Source: Allobaculum fili (GTDB lineage Bacteria > Bacillota_I > Bacilli_A > Erysipelotrichales > Erysipelotrichaceae). Taken from it: a DNA stretch of 32,000 bases. The stretch's first letter is position 1. Each line of letters begins with the position of its first letter. A model generated the notes under the pieces. That model was given only the letters and a program-made list of their open reading frames with translations, was not told the DNA's origin and did no database searches. Both the position numbers and the translations under genes were made by a program. Shown piece by piece: positions 15,809 to 24,367 of the stretch. The stretch is taken from the NCBI RefSeq assembly GCF_020969955.1, contig NZ_JAHDSX010000011.1, positions 30,001-62,000 on the forward strand. Direction: 5' to 3'.

Positions 15809-18274
15809 TTACGCGGCGTCTTCTTCGTCATCCACGGTGCAGCCGGCTTCCAGCCGTTCCTGGCGCGTGAACTTAATTTCATCCAGACCCCAGATTTCCT
15901 TCGCGTATTCGCGGATGGTGCGGTCGGAAGAGAAGTAGCCGGATTTGGCGATATTTACCAGCATGGCACGAGCCCAGGCCGGTTTGTCGGCATACCAGGC
16001 CGATACGTCCGCATGGGCCATCAGGTAGGCATCAAAGTCGGCCAGAACGAAGAATTCGTCCTTGTGCAGCATCAGGTCGTTGAAGATCAGCTGGAACTCG
16101 TTCGGATTTTCCGACCATGTGCAGTTGCGCAGAGAATCAATGACCATGCGCAGTTTCGGGTTGGAATGATAAATCCGCCAGACGTCGTAGCTGTTCTCAC
16201 GGCGAATGCATTCGATGTCTTCGACTTTCAGACCGAAAATCTTCGCGTTTTCAAAGCCGACACAGTCGACGATTTCCACGTTGGCGCCATCGAGTGTACC
16301 GAGCGTCAGCGCACCGTTCATCATGTACTTCATGTTTCCGGTACCGGACGCTTCCTTGCCTGCGGTAGAAATCTGTTCCGAAACGTCTGCCGCGTTGATC
16401 AGCAGTTCGGCGATCGATACGGAGTAGTTCGGGATGAAGACGACTTTCATGTACTGGCTGACCTGCGGATCGCCGTTGATGCGGTTGGCGACCTTGACGA
16501 TCAGCTTGATGATCTCCTTGGCCAGTGCGTAGCCAGGAGCAGCCTTGGCGGAGAAGAAGTACGTCGTCGGCGTAATGCGGTAATTCGGATCCTGCTTCAT
16601 GCGCAGGTACAGATACATAATATGGAAGATATTCATCAGCTGACGCTTGTAGGCGTGCAGACGTTTGGACTGGCAGTCGAAAATCGTGTTGACATCGACC
16701 TCAATGCCCAGATGTTCCTTCACGTACGCAGCCAGAATTTTCTTGCGTTCGAGCTTCACTTCGAAGAACTCTTCCTGCAGTTTCGGATCGTCGACATAGG
16801 CCATCAGCTTTTCGAGATCTTCCGGATGCTTGATGAAGCTGTCGCCGATGTATTTTTTCAGCAGTTCGGTCAGCTGCGGGTTGGAATATACGAGCCAGCG
16901 ACGGTGGGTGACACCGTTGGTCTTGTTATTGAAGCGGCCCGGGTAGAACGACGCGAACGAAGCCATGACATCGTTGATGAGAATTTCGGAATGAATCTTG
17001 GCAACGCCGTTTACCGAATGGCTTCCGACAACCGCAAGGTTGGCCATGTTGACCTGATTGTTGGAAAGAATCGACATCGCCGGGAACATGTGTTCCTTGC
17101 CGGCATGCTGCACTTCGTAATGGAAGCGGCGTTCGATTTCTTCAATAATCATGTAGACGCGCGGCAGAAGCGAACGCATCATTTCCTGCGGCCAGCGCTC
17201 CAGCGCTTCCGCCATGATCGTGTGGTTGGTATAGGCCACAGTACGGGTAACGATATCCCACGCCTGATCCCAGTCGTAATCGTAGTCATCCATGAGTACG
17301 CGCATCAGTTCCGGAATGACGAGAACCGGATGGGTGTCGTTGAGCTGGATCGCGGTTTTCTCGGCCAGATTGTCGAGCGAGCCGTATACGCGCAGATGAT
17401 TATGGATCAGCTGATCCACGCCGGCGCAGACAAAGAAGTATTCCTGTTTCAGGCGCAGTTCCTTGCCTTCGTACGTCGAATCATCCGGATACACGTTAGC
17501 GGTCAGCGCCTGTACGTCATTGAGGTACTTGTTCAGAACGCCCGCCTGTACGGATTCTTCATCCACTTCCGCGTCCCAGAGACGCAGGGTGTTGGTGGTC
17601 GGGGTGTTGTAGCCGACAATCGGTACGTCATACGGTACCGCGCGGACCACAAACGCCGGGTTGTGATGCGAATGGAAATGGCCAAACTGGTCCATGTAGG
17701 CATCGAGGGTGCCGCCGAATTTGACCTGTACGGCGTGCTGGGGTTTCCAGACTTCCCAGACGTTGCCCAGACGGAGCCAGCAGTCGGGTTTTTCCACCTG
17801 TTCATCGTTGACGATTTCCTGCTTGAACAGACCGTAGTGATAGCGGATGCAGTTTCCGTTTCCGGCCAGGTTCAGACTTGCCAGAGAATCGAGGAAGCAT
17901 GCGGCCAGACGGCCAAGACCGCCGTTGCCCAGGCCGGCATCGCATTCAAGTTCCTCCAGGTTGTGAATATCCAGTCCCAGATCGGCCAGTCCATCGCGGA
18001 CAACATCGTAGATTCCCATGTTCATCAGGTTGTTGACCATCAGACGGCCCATCAGAAATTCCATTGAGAAGTAGTAAAGCTGTTTCGTACCGTTTGCGCG
18101 AACGCTCTTTTTTGTGAGCTTCCAGGAGTTTCCTGCATGATCGCGGATCAGAGCACCAAGGGCTAAATAACGTTCTTCATCGTAAGCATCTTCGAGATCG
18201 CGTCCGAAACGGGCGGACACTTCAGCGCGAAGGGCTTCCTTAAACGTTTCCTTACTGCTGAAAATGTTATTCAT
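15809..18274 (-). CDS. glgP: Glycogen/maltodextrin phosphorylase
   Basis: The protein is alpha-glucan phosphorylase-like along its full length, including the PLP-lysine region EASGTGNMKYMMNGALTLGTLDGANVE. The ATG at 18274 (MNNIFSSKETFK) is preceded by GGAGG. The ORF-track start at 18346 is a 24-aa extension. Confidence 0.95.
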   Translation of the reverse strand: MNNIFSSKETFKEALRAEVSARFGRDLEDAYDEERYLALGALIRDHAGNSWKLTKKSVRANGTKQLYYFSMEFLMGRLMVNNLMNMGIYDVVRDGLADLGLDIHNLEELECDAGLGNGGLGRLAACFLDSLASLNLAGNGNCIRYHYGLFKQEIVNDEQVEKPDCWLRLGNVWEVWKPQHAVQVKFGGTLDAYMDQFGHFHSHHNPAFVVRAVPYDVPIVGYNTPTTNTLRLWDAEVDEESVQAGVLNKYLNDVQALTANVYPDDSTYEGKELRLKQEYFFVCAGVDQLIHNHLRVYGSLDNLAEKTAIQLNDTHPVLVIPELMRVLMDDYDYDWDQAWDIVTRTVAYTNHTIMAEALERWPQEMMRSLLPRVYMIIEEIERRFHYEVQHAGKEHMFPAMSILSNNQVNMANLAVVGSHSVNGVAKIHSEILINDVMASFASFYPGRFNNKTNGVTHRRWLVYSNPQLTELLKKYIGDSFIKHPEDLEKLMAYVDDPKLQEEFFEVKLERKKILAAYVKEHLGIEVDVNTIFDCQSKRLHAYKRQLMNIFHIMYLYLRMKQDPNYRITPTTYFFSAKAAPGYALAKEIIKLIVKVANRINGDPQVSQYMKVVFIPNYSVSIAELLINAADVSEQISTAGKEASGTGNMKYMMNGALTLGTLDGANVEIVDCVGFENAKIFGLKVEDIECIRRENSYDVWRIYHSNPKLRMVIDSLRNCTWSENPNEFQLIFNDLMLHKDEFFVLADFDAYLMAHADVSAWYADKPAWARAMLVNIAKSGYFSSDRTIREYAKEIWGLDEIKFTRQERLEAGCTVDDEEDAA

Positions 18275-18295
18275 CGTTAAACCTCCACGAACTGA

Positions 18296-18323
18296 ATTAT
18301 AGATTCGGGTCTTCGAAAAGCAA
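18296..18323 (-). promoter_or_regulatory. Putative sigma-A promoter of glgP
   Basis: In minus sense: TTGCTT (18323-18318), a 16-bp spacer, then TATAAT (18301-18296). It lies about 20 nt upstream of the glgP RBS. Confidence 0.45.
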
Positions 18324-18643
18324 GAAAGCCCCAGCCGTGCAGGCAAGTATTCTGCCCAATTTTGTGATCATTTGTGATTTTTTCTGGAAGTACCCTTCTT
18401 TCTTTAAAAATTCCGGATCCCCGTAATGGATATATTCATCATCTTTCAGGCATTGCTTTTCCTACGATTTCTACACGTTTTGACACACCCGGTTCGAATC
18501 GGTCCAATTGTTGACATTCCCGGTATCTTCCTCGTTTTCAAAGCGTGAAAGGCCTTTCAAACCGCCATTTCCTGACTCGAATATCGCTAGATGCCAGGCC
18601 GTTTTGCGCTGTTCGGGCTGGGTCCGGTGCAGGCTGTCTGGTT

Positions 18644-19111
18644 TCAGACGAGCGTTTCCCGGGTAATAAAGCGTCGGGTTACGGGAAAGTTCCATTTATA
18701 CCCTTTGGAATTCTGCGTCAGGATATAGGGCGCGATTTCATCGTCTCCGAGTTTCTTGCGCACCCGGCAGATGTGCTTGGACAGCGTGTTGTCCGAGATG
18801 CAGTGGCGCAGGCGGCTCGAGATGACATTGATCAGAACTTCTCTGGCGCAGAAGCAAGTCTGGTGTTCGACCAGATGCAGGATCAGTTCAAATTCGGTCG
18901 GAGTCGCCATTAACATTTCCCCTCCCTTGAAAATAATCTGTGCGCCGCGATCGATCAGAAGATCACCCGTCTGATAAATCACGCTTTCCCGGATCGTCTG
19001 CGGATCCCACTGGCGCGGCGGCTGGTCATAAACCATCCGCTGTACGTTATCGAGCGTGACAACTCTCCCCCGGCTGCCTTCTGCCGGTTTCTGTAAATTT
19101 ACATAGGACAT
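18644..19111 (-). CDS. Stand-alone OmpR/PhoB-type winged-helix DNA-binding protein with no receiver domain
   Basis: The C-terminal ~100 aa match the Trans_reg_C pattern (LLIDRGAQIIFKGGEMLMATPTEFELILHLVEH...NTLSKHICRVRKKLGDD...KGYKW). Only about 45 aa precede it. RBS GGAAAAGGAGA lies upstream of the ATG at 19111. Confidence 0.75.
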   Translation of the reverse strand: MSYVNLQKPAEGSRGRVVTLDNVQRMVYDQPPRQWDPQTIRESVIYQTGDLLIDRGAQIIFKGGEMLMATPTEFELILHLVEHQTCFCAREVLINVISSRLRHCISDNTLSKHICRVRKKLGDDEIAPYILTQNSKGYKWNFPVTRRFITRETLV

Positions 19112-19599
19112 AATCCGTCTCCTTTTCCTTCCAACTCTTTTCTTCCTGTTTCGTTAAACTTCTGTTTTCCTGCTTCGCGTTCGGCCCTGAACTCCCGCTG
19201 CTTTGTTTGTGCTGTACCCGAAATTTTCTCCTGCCCGGATTGGGCCTGGCACTTCGTTTTACGCAGCGTTCCTCGAAGAAAAAGGAAGATTCCTTTCTGT
19301 CTGTGCAGGATTTCTGCTCCGTCTGGATCTCGCTTCCCGGCGCGGCAGCCGCCTTTGTTCCCTGACATGAATGCATGCCGTTTCCGTTTTGAAAAGCCGT
19401 ACCGTTGCATATTTAGATTTTATTTTGATTTCGTTAAGCTTTCCGACCGTCGCTTTTGCGACCTTACCGGCTTATGCCTTCGATTGCATTATTTCTTTAT
19501 TTGTTTATTTTTATGGTTTATTGTGCATATTTTCCGCCTATTTATACGACTTATTTCATTCTTTACGACCGATTACCACTTCGTTTTGCATGCGCTTTT

Positions 19600-19638
19600 C
19601 TTTCAAAAACAAAAAGGCAGACTGCCTTACAGTCTGCC
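19600..19638 (-). terminator. Strong rho-independent terminator, about 430 nt downstream of the ftsB-like stop
   Basis: In minus sense: GGCAGACUG-uaagg-CAGUCUGCC followed by UUUUUGUUUUUGAAA. Confidence 0.7.
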
Positions 19639-20064
19639 GGTCTGTCCTTGTTTTTCGAATGAAATTTCCTGAAAAGCGAAACTTTTGTTCAGATTTCGTT
19701 CATATTTTCAAGAACGAAAATCCGTCTTCTCTTCCCTGAGAGGACCCAGATCCGAAGGCCTGTGATGCGCTCTTTACAGCGGGGAAACGATTTTGGATCC
19801 GTCGATCGAAAGGAGCGGGCGGGCAGGACATGCACTCTGACTCCTGGCTTAGGGCTTAAGTTTTTCAGTTTTTCTCTGCGATCTTCTGCCCGTTTCTGCG
19901 AGAAACTGATGCATGCTTCAGGCCTGCCCCGTTCCGGTTCTCCCCGCGGACCAACCCAGACATGTTTAAGTGCATGCCGGACCATACAAAAAGGAGAGGC
20001 CCGGTTAAGGACATCTCCTGTCATTTTTCTATATGCATTTAAAAACCGAGCCGGATTTTTCCGA
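19639..20064 (-). other. ORF-poor GC-rich interval, a candidate structured RNA or long 3'UTR (see findings)
   Basis: Only Arg-rich, RBS-less ORFs are present on either strand. The interval is bounded by the ftsB-like stop (20065) and the terminator at 19600-19638. I recognised no known RNA family. Confidence 0.2.
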
Positions 20065-20490
20065 TCAGTTTCCCTCCGAATTCGAACCGGCGTCCGCAAG
20101 CCCTTCGGTTACTTTGGGCTTTACGGTTTTGTTCGAAGACTGCGAACTGGACGAATCACTCTGGTCTTCTTCCTCTTCGCCAAGCTGCGGGAAAACGAAC
20201 ACCTGTTCGCCGTTTTTGGAAACATGATATTTGCCCCGGGCAATCATTTCGAGGTAGTCCGGGTTCGTCAGATTTTTGCGGGTGGTTTCGAGTTCGCTCT
20301 GCTGGCTGGTGAGCTCATCAAGCAGTTTCTCATTGGCATGAACCTCCTGATTGATATGCAGCCAGGTTCCGATATCATTGGCCATCAGGACGGAACAGAA
20401 GACGCTGAAAGCGATCAGACCGATATATATAAATCCGCGCCAGCGTGCTGCGAATCTTCTCTTTTTGCTTTTTCGACGCGAATCTGCCAT
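20065..20490 (-). CDS. ftsB: Septum formation initiator family protein (FtsB/DivIC-like)
   Basis: A basic N-terminus and a single TM (FIYIGLIAFSVFCSVLMA) are followed by the coiled coil NEKLLDELTSQQSELETTRKNL. The conserved NPDYLEMIARGKYHVSKNGEQVFVF segment comes next, then an acidic/Ser-rich tail. RBS GGAAGGAGGTG is present. Confidence 0.8.
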   Translation of the reverse strand: MADSRRKSKKRRFAARWRGFIYIGLIAFSVFCSVLMANDIGTWLHINQEVHANEKLLDELTSQQSELETTRKNLTNPDYLEMIARGKYHVSKNGEQVFVFPQLGEEEEDQSDSSSSQSSNKTVKPKVTEGLADAGSNSEGN

Positions 20491-20737
20491 GTTCGGACAC
20501 CTCCTTCCCGCGGTCTTAGTCTATCAGATCAAATGTTTAATCTAAAGCAAACTCGAGACTTTTCTCTATCTGTGACAAAGAAGAAAGAACAAAGGCTTTA
20601 AAAGCCGAAATTATCTTTCATTTCGATGAATGTTTATAACTCTCATTCAATTTTAGACCGTGTGTACTTACACGGATTCATTGTGCCCGTACACGTGCGT
20701 TATTTTTTAAAAACGTCAGATTCGAACGGTTTTCATG

Positions 20738-20767
20738 TACAAAGAAAGCGGTCCATGCAGACCGCTG
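20738..20767 (-). terminator. Probable terminator of mnmG
   Basis: In minus sense: AGCGGUC-ugcaug-GACCGCU followed by UUCUUUGU, 10 nt after the mnmG stop. Confidence 0.55.
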
Positions 20768-20775
20768 TACTGTTT

Positions 20776-22653
20776 TTATTCTGTCGGTTCCGACTCGGCC
20801 TTGCGGCTTTTGAGGAAAGCCGAGAGAACCGCGATATCCGACGGGTTGATACCGGAAATGCGGCTGGCCTGTCCAAGGGTTCTTGGGCGGATCTGGCTCA
20901 GCTTGCTTCGCGCTTCGAGCGCGAGATTTTCGAGCTGATCGTAATCGATCGTTTCGGGGATGCGGACGTCTTCAAGTTTCTGCAGGCGTTCGGTATCCCG
21001 TCTGGCCTTGGCTATGTAGCCCGCGTAGCGCGTTTCGATTTCAATGCGCTTGGCAATTTTGGGCGATACCGAATAGCCAAGCCACGGTTCCAGCATATGT
21101 ACGGTAACGTTTGGACGCTTGAGCAGATCGAGCGCACTGCAGCCCTGTTCAAGAGAACCGGCATCAGCCGCTTCCAGAACGGCGTTGATTTTTTCATCCG
21201 GCTTAATGCGGGTTGCGGCCAGATCTTCGAGAACCTTTTTCTCTTCGTCCTGACTCTTGAGGAACGCTTCGTAGCGTTCGTCGCTGAGGGCGCCGCAGGC
21301 ATGGGCGATTTCACACAGACGCCGCGGAGCGTTGTCATGGCGCAGCAGCAGACGGTATTCCGCACGCGAGGTGAGCAGACGGTACGGCTCCTTCGTGCCT
21401 TTGGTCGTCAGGTCGTCAATCATGACGCCGATGTACGCCTGATCCCGGCCGAGCACGATTGGTTCCTTCCCCTGGTTTTTGAGGGCGGCGTTAATGCCGG
21501 CCATCAGACCCTGACCGGCCGCTTCTTCGTAGCCGGACGTTCCGTTGACCTGGCCGGCGGTAAACAGATTTTCAATTTTCTTGTTTTCCAGCGAAGGCTT
21601 CATCTGTAGCGGATCGACGGCATCGTATTCAATCGCGTAGGCGTATTTGAGGATTTCGACGTCTTTCATGCCAGGCAGCGAGCGAACCATCTGTCCCTGC
21701 ACGTCTTCGGGCATGGATGTGGAAAATCCCTGGATGTAAAACGTATCATACGCAGCGCGCTCCGGTTCGAGAAAGAGCTGATGGCGGGGACGGTCCGCAA
21801 AGCGTACGAGCTTGTCTTCAATGCTCGGGCAGTAGCGGGGACCTGTACCGGTGACCAGACCGGAATACATGGCAGAATCCTGCAGATGGTCCCGAATGAT
21901 TTCGTGCGTTTCTGGCGTGGTGTAAATCAGGTAGCAGGGCAGCTGCTGATCAAAGGGCAGCACTTCATCTGGCGTAGTCGTATCGGAGAACGTGATGAAT
22001 TCATCCGTTCCCTGCTGAATGGCCGCCTGCGAGAGATCCACGCTCGAATAGACAACGCGCGGAGGGGTTCCGGTTTTCAGACGGATCAGATCGAGACCGG
22101 CGTCGGCCAGAGACTGCGAAAGCGTCGAGTTGGTCGGCATGCCATCCGCGCCGCTGACGGTCGCGGTATGGCCGCGCAAAATGGTCGAGCGCATGCCGGT
22201 ACCGGCGGTCAGAATGACGGTACGCGAAAGAATCTGCGTGTCGTCTTCGCATTCGATGCCGATGACGCGATGGCCTTCGAGCAAAATGCGCGCCGCGCGC
22301 TGTTCGAGAATTTCCAGGTTATCCTGGGCTATCAGCGCTTCGCGCATCCAGCGGCGGTATTCGTCGCGGTCGGACTGTACGCGCAGGCACTGCACGCCCG
22401 GTCCTTTTTTCGTGTTCAGCATTTTAAACTGCAGAGCCGTCTGGTCGGCTGCTCTTGGCATCAGACCGCCAAAGGCGTCGATTTCGCGAACGACGATGCC
22501 CTTGGCCGGACCGCCGACCGAGGGATTGCAGGGCATCGAGCCGATCATGGAAATATCGTTTGTGACCAGGATGGTTTTCTGTCCCATGCGGGCTGCCGCC
22601 GCCGCGGCTTCAATGCCGGCATGACCGCCGCCGACCACTAAAACGTCATACAT
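20776..22653 (-). CDS. mnmG: tRNA uridine-5-carboxymethylaminomethyl(34) synthesis enzyme MnmG (GidA)
   Basis: MYDVLVVGGGHAGIEAA is the FAD-binding fold. GPRYCPSIEDK, FLEPE and AGQVNGTSGYEEAAGQG are hallmark MnmG motifs. The RBS GGAGGG lies inside the end of the upstream flippase gene. Confidence 0.95.
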   Translation of the reverse strand: MYDVLVVGGGHAGIEAAAAAARMGQKTILVTNDISMIGSMPCNPSVGGPAKGIVVREIDAFGGLMPRAADQTALQFKMLNTKKGPGVQCLRVQSDRDEYRRWMREALIAQDNLEILEQRAARILLEGHRVIGIECEDDTQILSRTVILTAGTGMRSTILRGHTATVSGADGMPTNSTLSQSLADAGLDLIRLKTGTPPRVVYSSVDLSQAAIQQGTDEFITFSDTTTPDEVLPFDQQLPCYLIYTTPETHEIIRDHLQDSAMYSGLVTGTGPRYCPSIEDKLVRFADRPRHQLFLEPERAAYDTFYIQGFSTSMPEDVQGQMVRSLPGMKDVEILKYAYAIEYDAVDPLQMKPSLENKKIENLFTAGQVNGTSGYEEAAGQGLMAGINAALKNQGKEPIVLGRDQAYIGVMIDDLTTKGTKEPYRLLTSRAEYRLLLRHDNAPRRLCEIAHACGALSDERYEAFLKSQDEEKKVLEDLAATRIKPDEKINAVLEAADAGSLEQGCSALDLLKRPNVTVHMLEPWLGYSVSPKIAKRIEIETRYAGYIAKARRDTERLQKLEDVRIPETIDYDQLENLALEARSKLSQIRPRTLGQASRISGINPSDIAVLSAFLKSRKAESEPTE

Positions 22654-22655
22654 GA

Positions 22656-24296
22656 TTACACCCTCCTTGCCGGCCGTTTAAACCGGATATGAAAGAGATG
22701 CTGGGGAATGCGGAAATACAGAGACATACCGAAGAAGACGATGCAGGCGACAATGCCGCTGACACACATCGTCAGAAAGCACATCAGTTTCGAGCCGGTC
22801 GTTGCACCGCAGCCCATCAGGCTGAGAAGCCAGATCACCAGACTCGTCGCAAGCAGACAGATGGACGTCTGCACGAGCAGCTTCAGGGTGGAGCGGAAGC
22901 GAACGCCGTACGCCTTTGTCATCTGATTGAGCGAATAGAAAATAATGTAGGAAAAGCAGATCACGGACGAAATCACCGCGCCCGCGATTCCCATCAGCAT
23001 GACCATCGGTACCATGATAATGCCTTTGATCACTGCGGAAATAAGCATCTGCTTCAGCAGTTTCCTGCGCATGCGGCAGGCCATCATCATCGAGGAAATG
23101 ACCGGCGTGATCGTGCCGAAAAAGCCTTCGATCGCAATCCAGCGCACGCTTTGCGTCGCTAAAGGCAAGTCGCTTGTGAAATAGAGCGAGTAGAAGAGCG
23201 GGCCGGCGTAGGCGAAAATGCAGAAGCTGAGAAAGAGCGCGATATACAGAACGATATTGATGCAGTCGAGGATATCCTTGCGCACCGTCCTGTAGTCCTT
23301 CATTTCCAGAGCGGACGTGATGTGCGGAATGATCGCCGCCACGAAGCCTGGAGAAAGAATCATCGGAATCGCAGTCAGCTTGATGCCGACGTAGTTGGCC
23401 GCCGACGTCATCGTCTGAATCTGGGCAGCCGTATAGCTCGACATGCGCAGGCCCGTCGGAAGCAGAACTGCGTCGTAAATGTCGTTGGCGTAACCGATGA
23501 CCGCAAAGAGCAGATACGGAATGCAGATCAGAATGAATTCCTTAAAGAGCGGGCGAAGGGGTACGGCTCTCGTATTTTCGGTTTTCGCCGAACGGCGAAG
23601 CTGGCCCTGAAGCCCTTTGGAAAAGTGCATGATCTGAATCAGACCCGCAACGGCCGCTACGGACGTCGATAAAACAGCCGCGTACAGCGCATATACGGTA
23701 GAAAAATGGAAGACGTAAACGAGCAGACAGCCGACACCAAGCAGGAAGCCGACGCGGAAGATCTGTTCAAACGCCTGGGAAAAGGCGTATTCCTCCATCT
23801 CCTTGCATCCCTGCACAAAGCCGCGATAGGCGCTGAGCAGCGGAACAAAAAATATGGCGATGGACAATATGGCCAGAACCTGAGTCATCACCTGGGCGCC
23901 GTCCTGCGTACCGTCGGCCATCAGCGGACCGAGCACGCTTGAGAGCGCAAACATGATGACCATGCCTAAAAAGCCAAGCAGAGCCATGAACAGAACGGAC
24001 ATGCGCTGAACCGCCAGAACGGTGCGGCTGTTCTTGCGCGTAATATATTTGGCGACCATAGTGGCAATCGCCATCGGTGCTCCTGCGGTAAAGACGTTGA
24101 GCAGGTAGCTGTAGATTCGGTAAGCCGAACCGTAGTACGACATTAAGGCGTCGCTGCCGAGGATAGTCGAAAAAGGAACGGAATAGAGCAGGCCAATCGC
24201 TTTCGCAATAAAAAAGCCGCCGGTGCCGATCAGGCCGCCAGCGATGATCGATTTTTTCGCCACGGAAGCGGTTGAATGTTTATTCTCTTTGGACAT
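22656..24296 (-). CDS. MOP-superfamily polysaccharide/lipid-II flippase-like protein (YtgP/SpoVB/MurJ-like)
   Basis: 546-aa protein with about 14 predicted TM helices. Its N-terminal region (GGLIGTGGFFIAKAIGLLYSVPFSTILG...YRIYSYLLNV) resembles proteins annotated as polysaccharide biosynthesis protein. RBS AAAGGAGA lies 9 nt upstream. Confidence 0.85.
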   Translation of the reverse strand: MSKENKHSTASVAKKSIIAGGLIGTGGFFIAKAIGLLYSVPFSTILGSDALMSYYGSAYRIYSYLLNVFTAGAPMAIATMVAKYITRKNSRTVLAVQRMSVLFMALLGFLGMVIMFALSSVLGPLMADGTQDGAQVMTQVLAILSIAIFFVPLLSAYRGFVQGCKEMEEYAFSQAFEQIFRVGFLLGVGCLLVYVFHFSTVYALYAAVLSTSVAAVAGLIQIMHFSKGLQGQLRRSAKTENTRAVPLRPLFKEFILICIPYLLFAVIGYANDIYDAVLLPTGLRMSSYTAAQIQTMTSAANYVGIKLTAIPMILSPGFVAAIIPHITSALEMKDYRTVRKDILDCINIVLYIALFLSFCIFAYAGPLFYSLYFTSDLPLATQSVRWIAIEGFFGTITPVISSMMMACRMRRKLLKQMLISAVIKGIIMVPMVMLMGIAGAVISSVICFSYIIFYSLNQMTKAYGVRFRSTLKLLVQTSICLLATSLVIWLLSLMGCGATTGSKLMCFLTMCVSGIVACIVFFGMSLYFRIPQHLFHIRFKRPARRV

Positions 24297-24321
24297 AGGA
24301 TGTGTCTCCTTTCAGCTTGCC

Positions 24322-24331
24322 ATTATAACAT
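24322..24331 (-). promoter_or_regulatory. Possible extended -10 element for the flippase/mnmG transcript
   Basis: In minus sense: TGtTATAAT, about 25 nt upstream of the flippase ATG. There is no good -35. Confidence 0.3.
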
Positions 24332-24367
24332 AGAGATACCGGTAGAATTTATGGAAGCTAAAGGAGG

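Noticed and set aside
16013-18067. 684-aa plus-strand ORF
   Set aside because: It lies antisense within glgP, whose minus-strand product is unmistakably an alpha-glucan phosphorylase. The plus-frame product is V/D/H/R-rich with no recognisable motifs or RBS. It is a typical shadow ORF.
18340-18400. Possible DnaA boxes or oriC-type elements near mnmG (gidA), and the TCACAAA direct repeat at about 18362-18380
   Set aside because: I saw no TTATCCACA-like 9-mers in any AT-rich intergenic region. The TCACAAA repeat is only 7 bp, occurs twice, and lies upstream of the glgP promoter, so it is too weak to call.
18485-18505. tRNA-like T-arm sequence GGTTCGAATC
   Set aside because: The flanking bases do not form a 5-bp T-stem. 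No acceptor, D or anticodon arms can be drawn in the upstream ~55 nt.
19047-19410. 103-aa and 109-aa minus-strand ORFs upstream of the winged-helix gene
   Set aside because: They are extremely basic (K/R/G/Q-rich) translations of a purine-rich leader. No RBS is present, and both overlap the regulator start.
19456-19662. 68-aa hydrophobic plus-strand ORF (and overlapping 105/122-aa ORFs) in the AT-rich tract
   Set aside because: The apparent hydrophobicity is a by-product of T-rich DNA (F/L/I/Y codons). There is no RBS, the start is TTG, and the ORF runs through the terminator hairpin at 19616-19638.
19733-19765. TPP-riboswitch-like CTGAGA...ACCC string on the plus strand
   Set aside because: It lacks the CCTGATCTGGATAATGCCAGCG-type pyrophosphate-sensor helix. 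No plus-strand gene lies downstream.
20626-22641. 327-aa and 286-aa plus-strand ORFs (20626-21609 and 21781-22641)
   Set aside because: They lie antisense to mnmG, whose identity is unambiguous.
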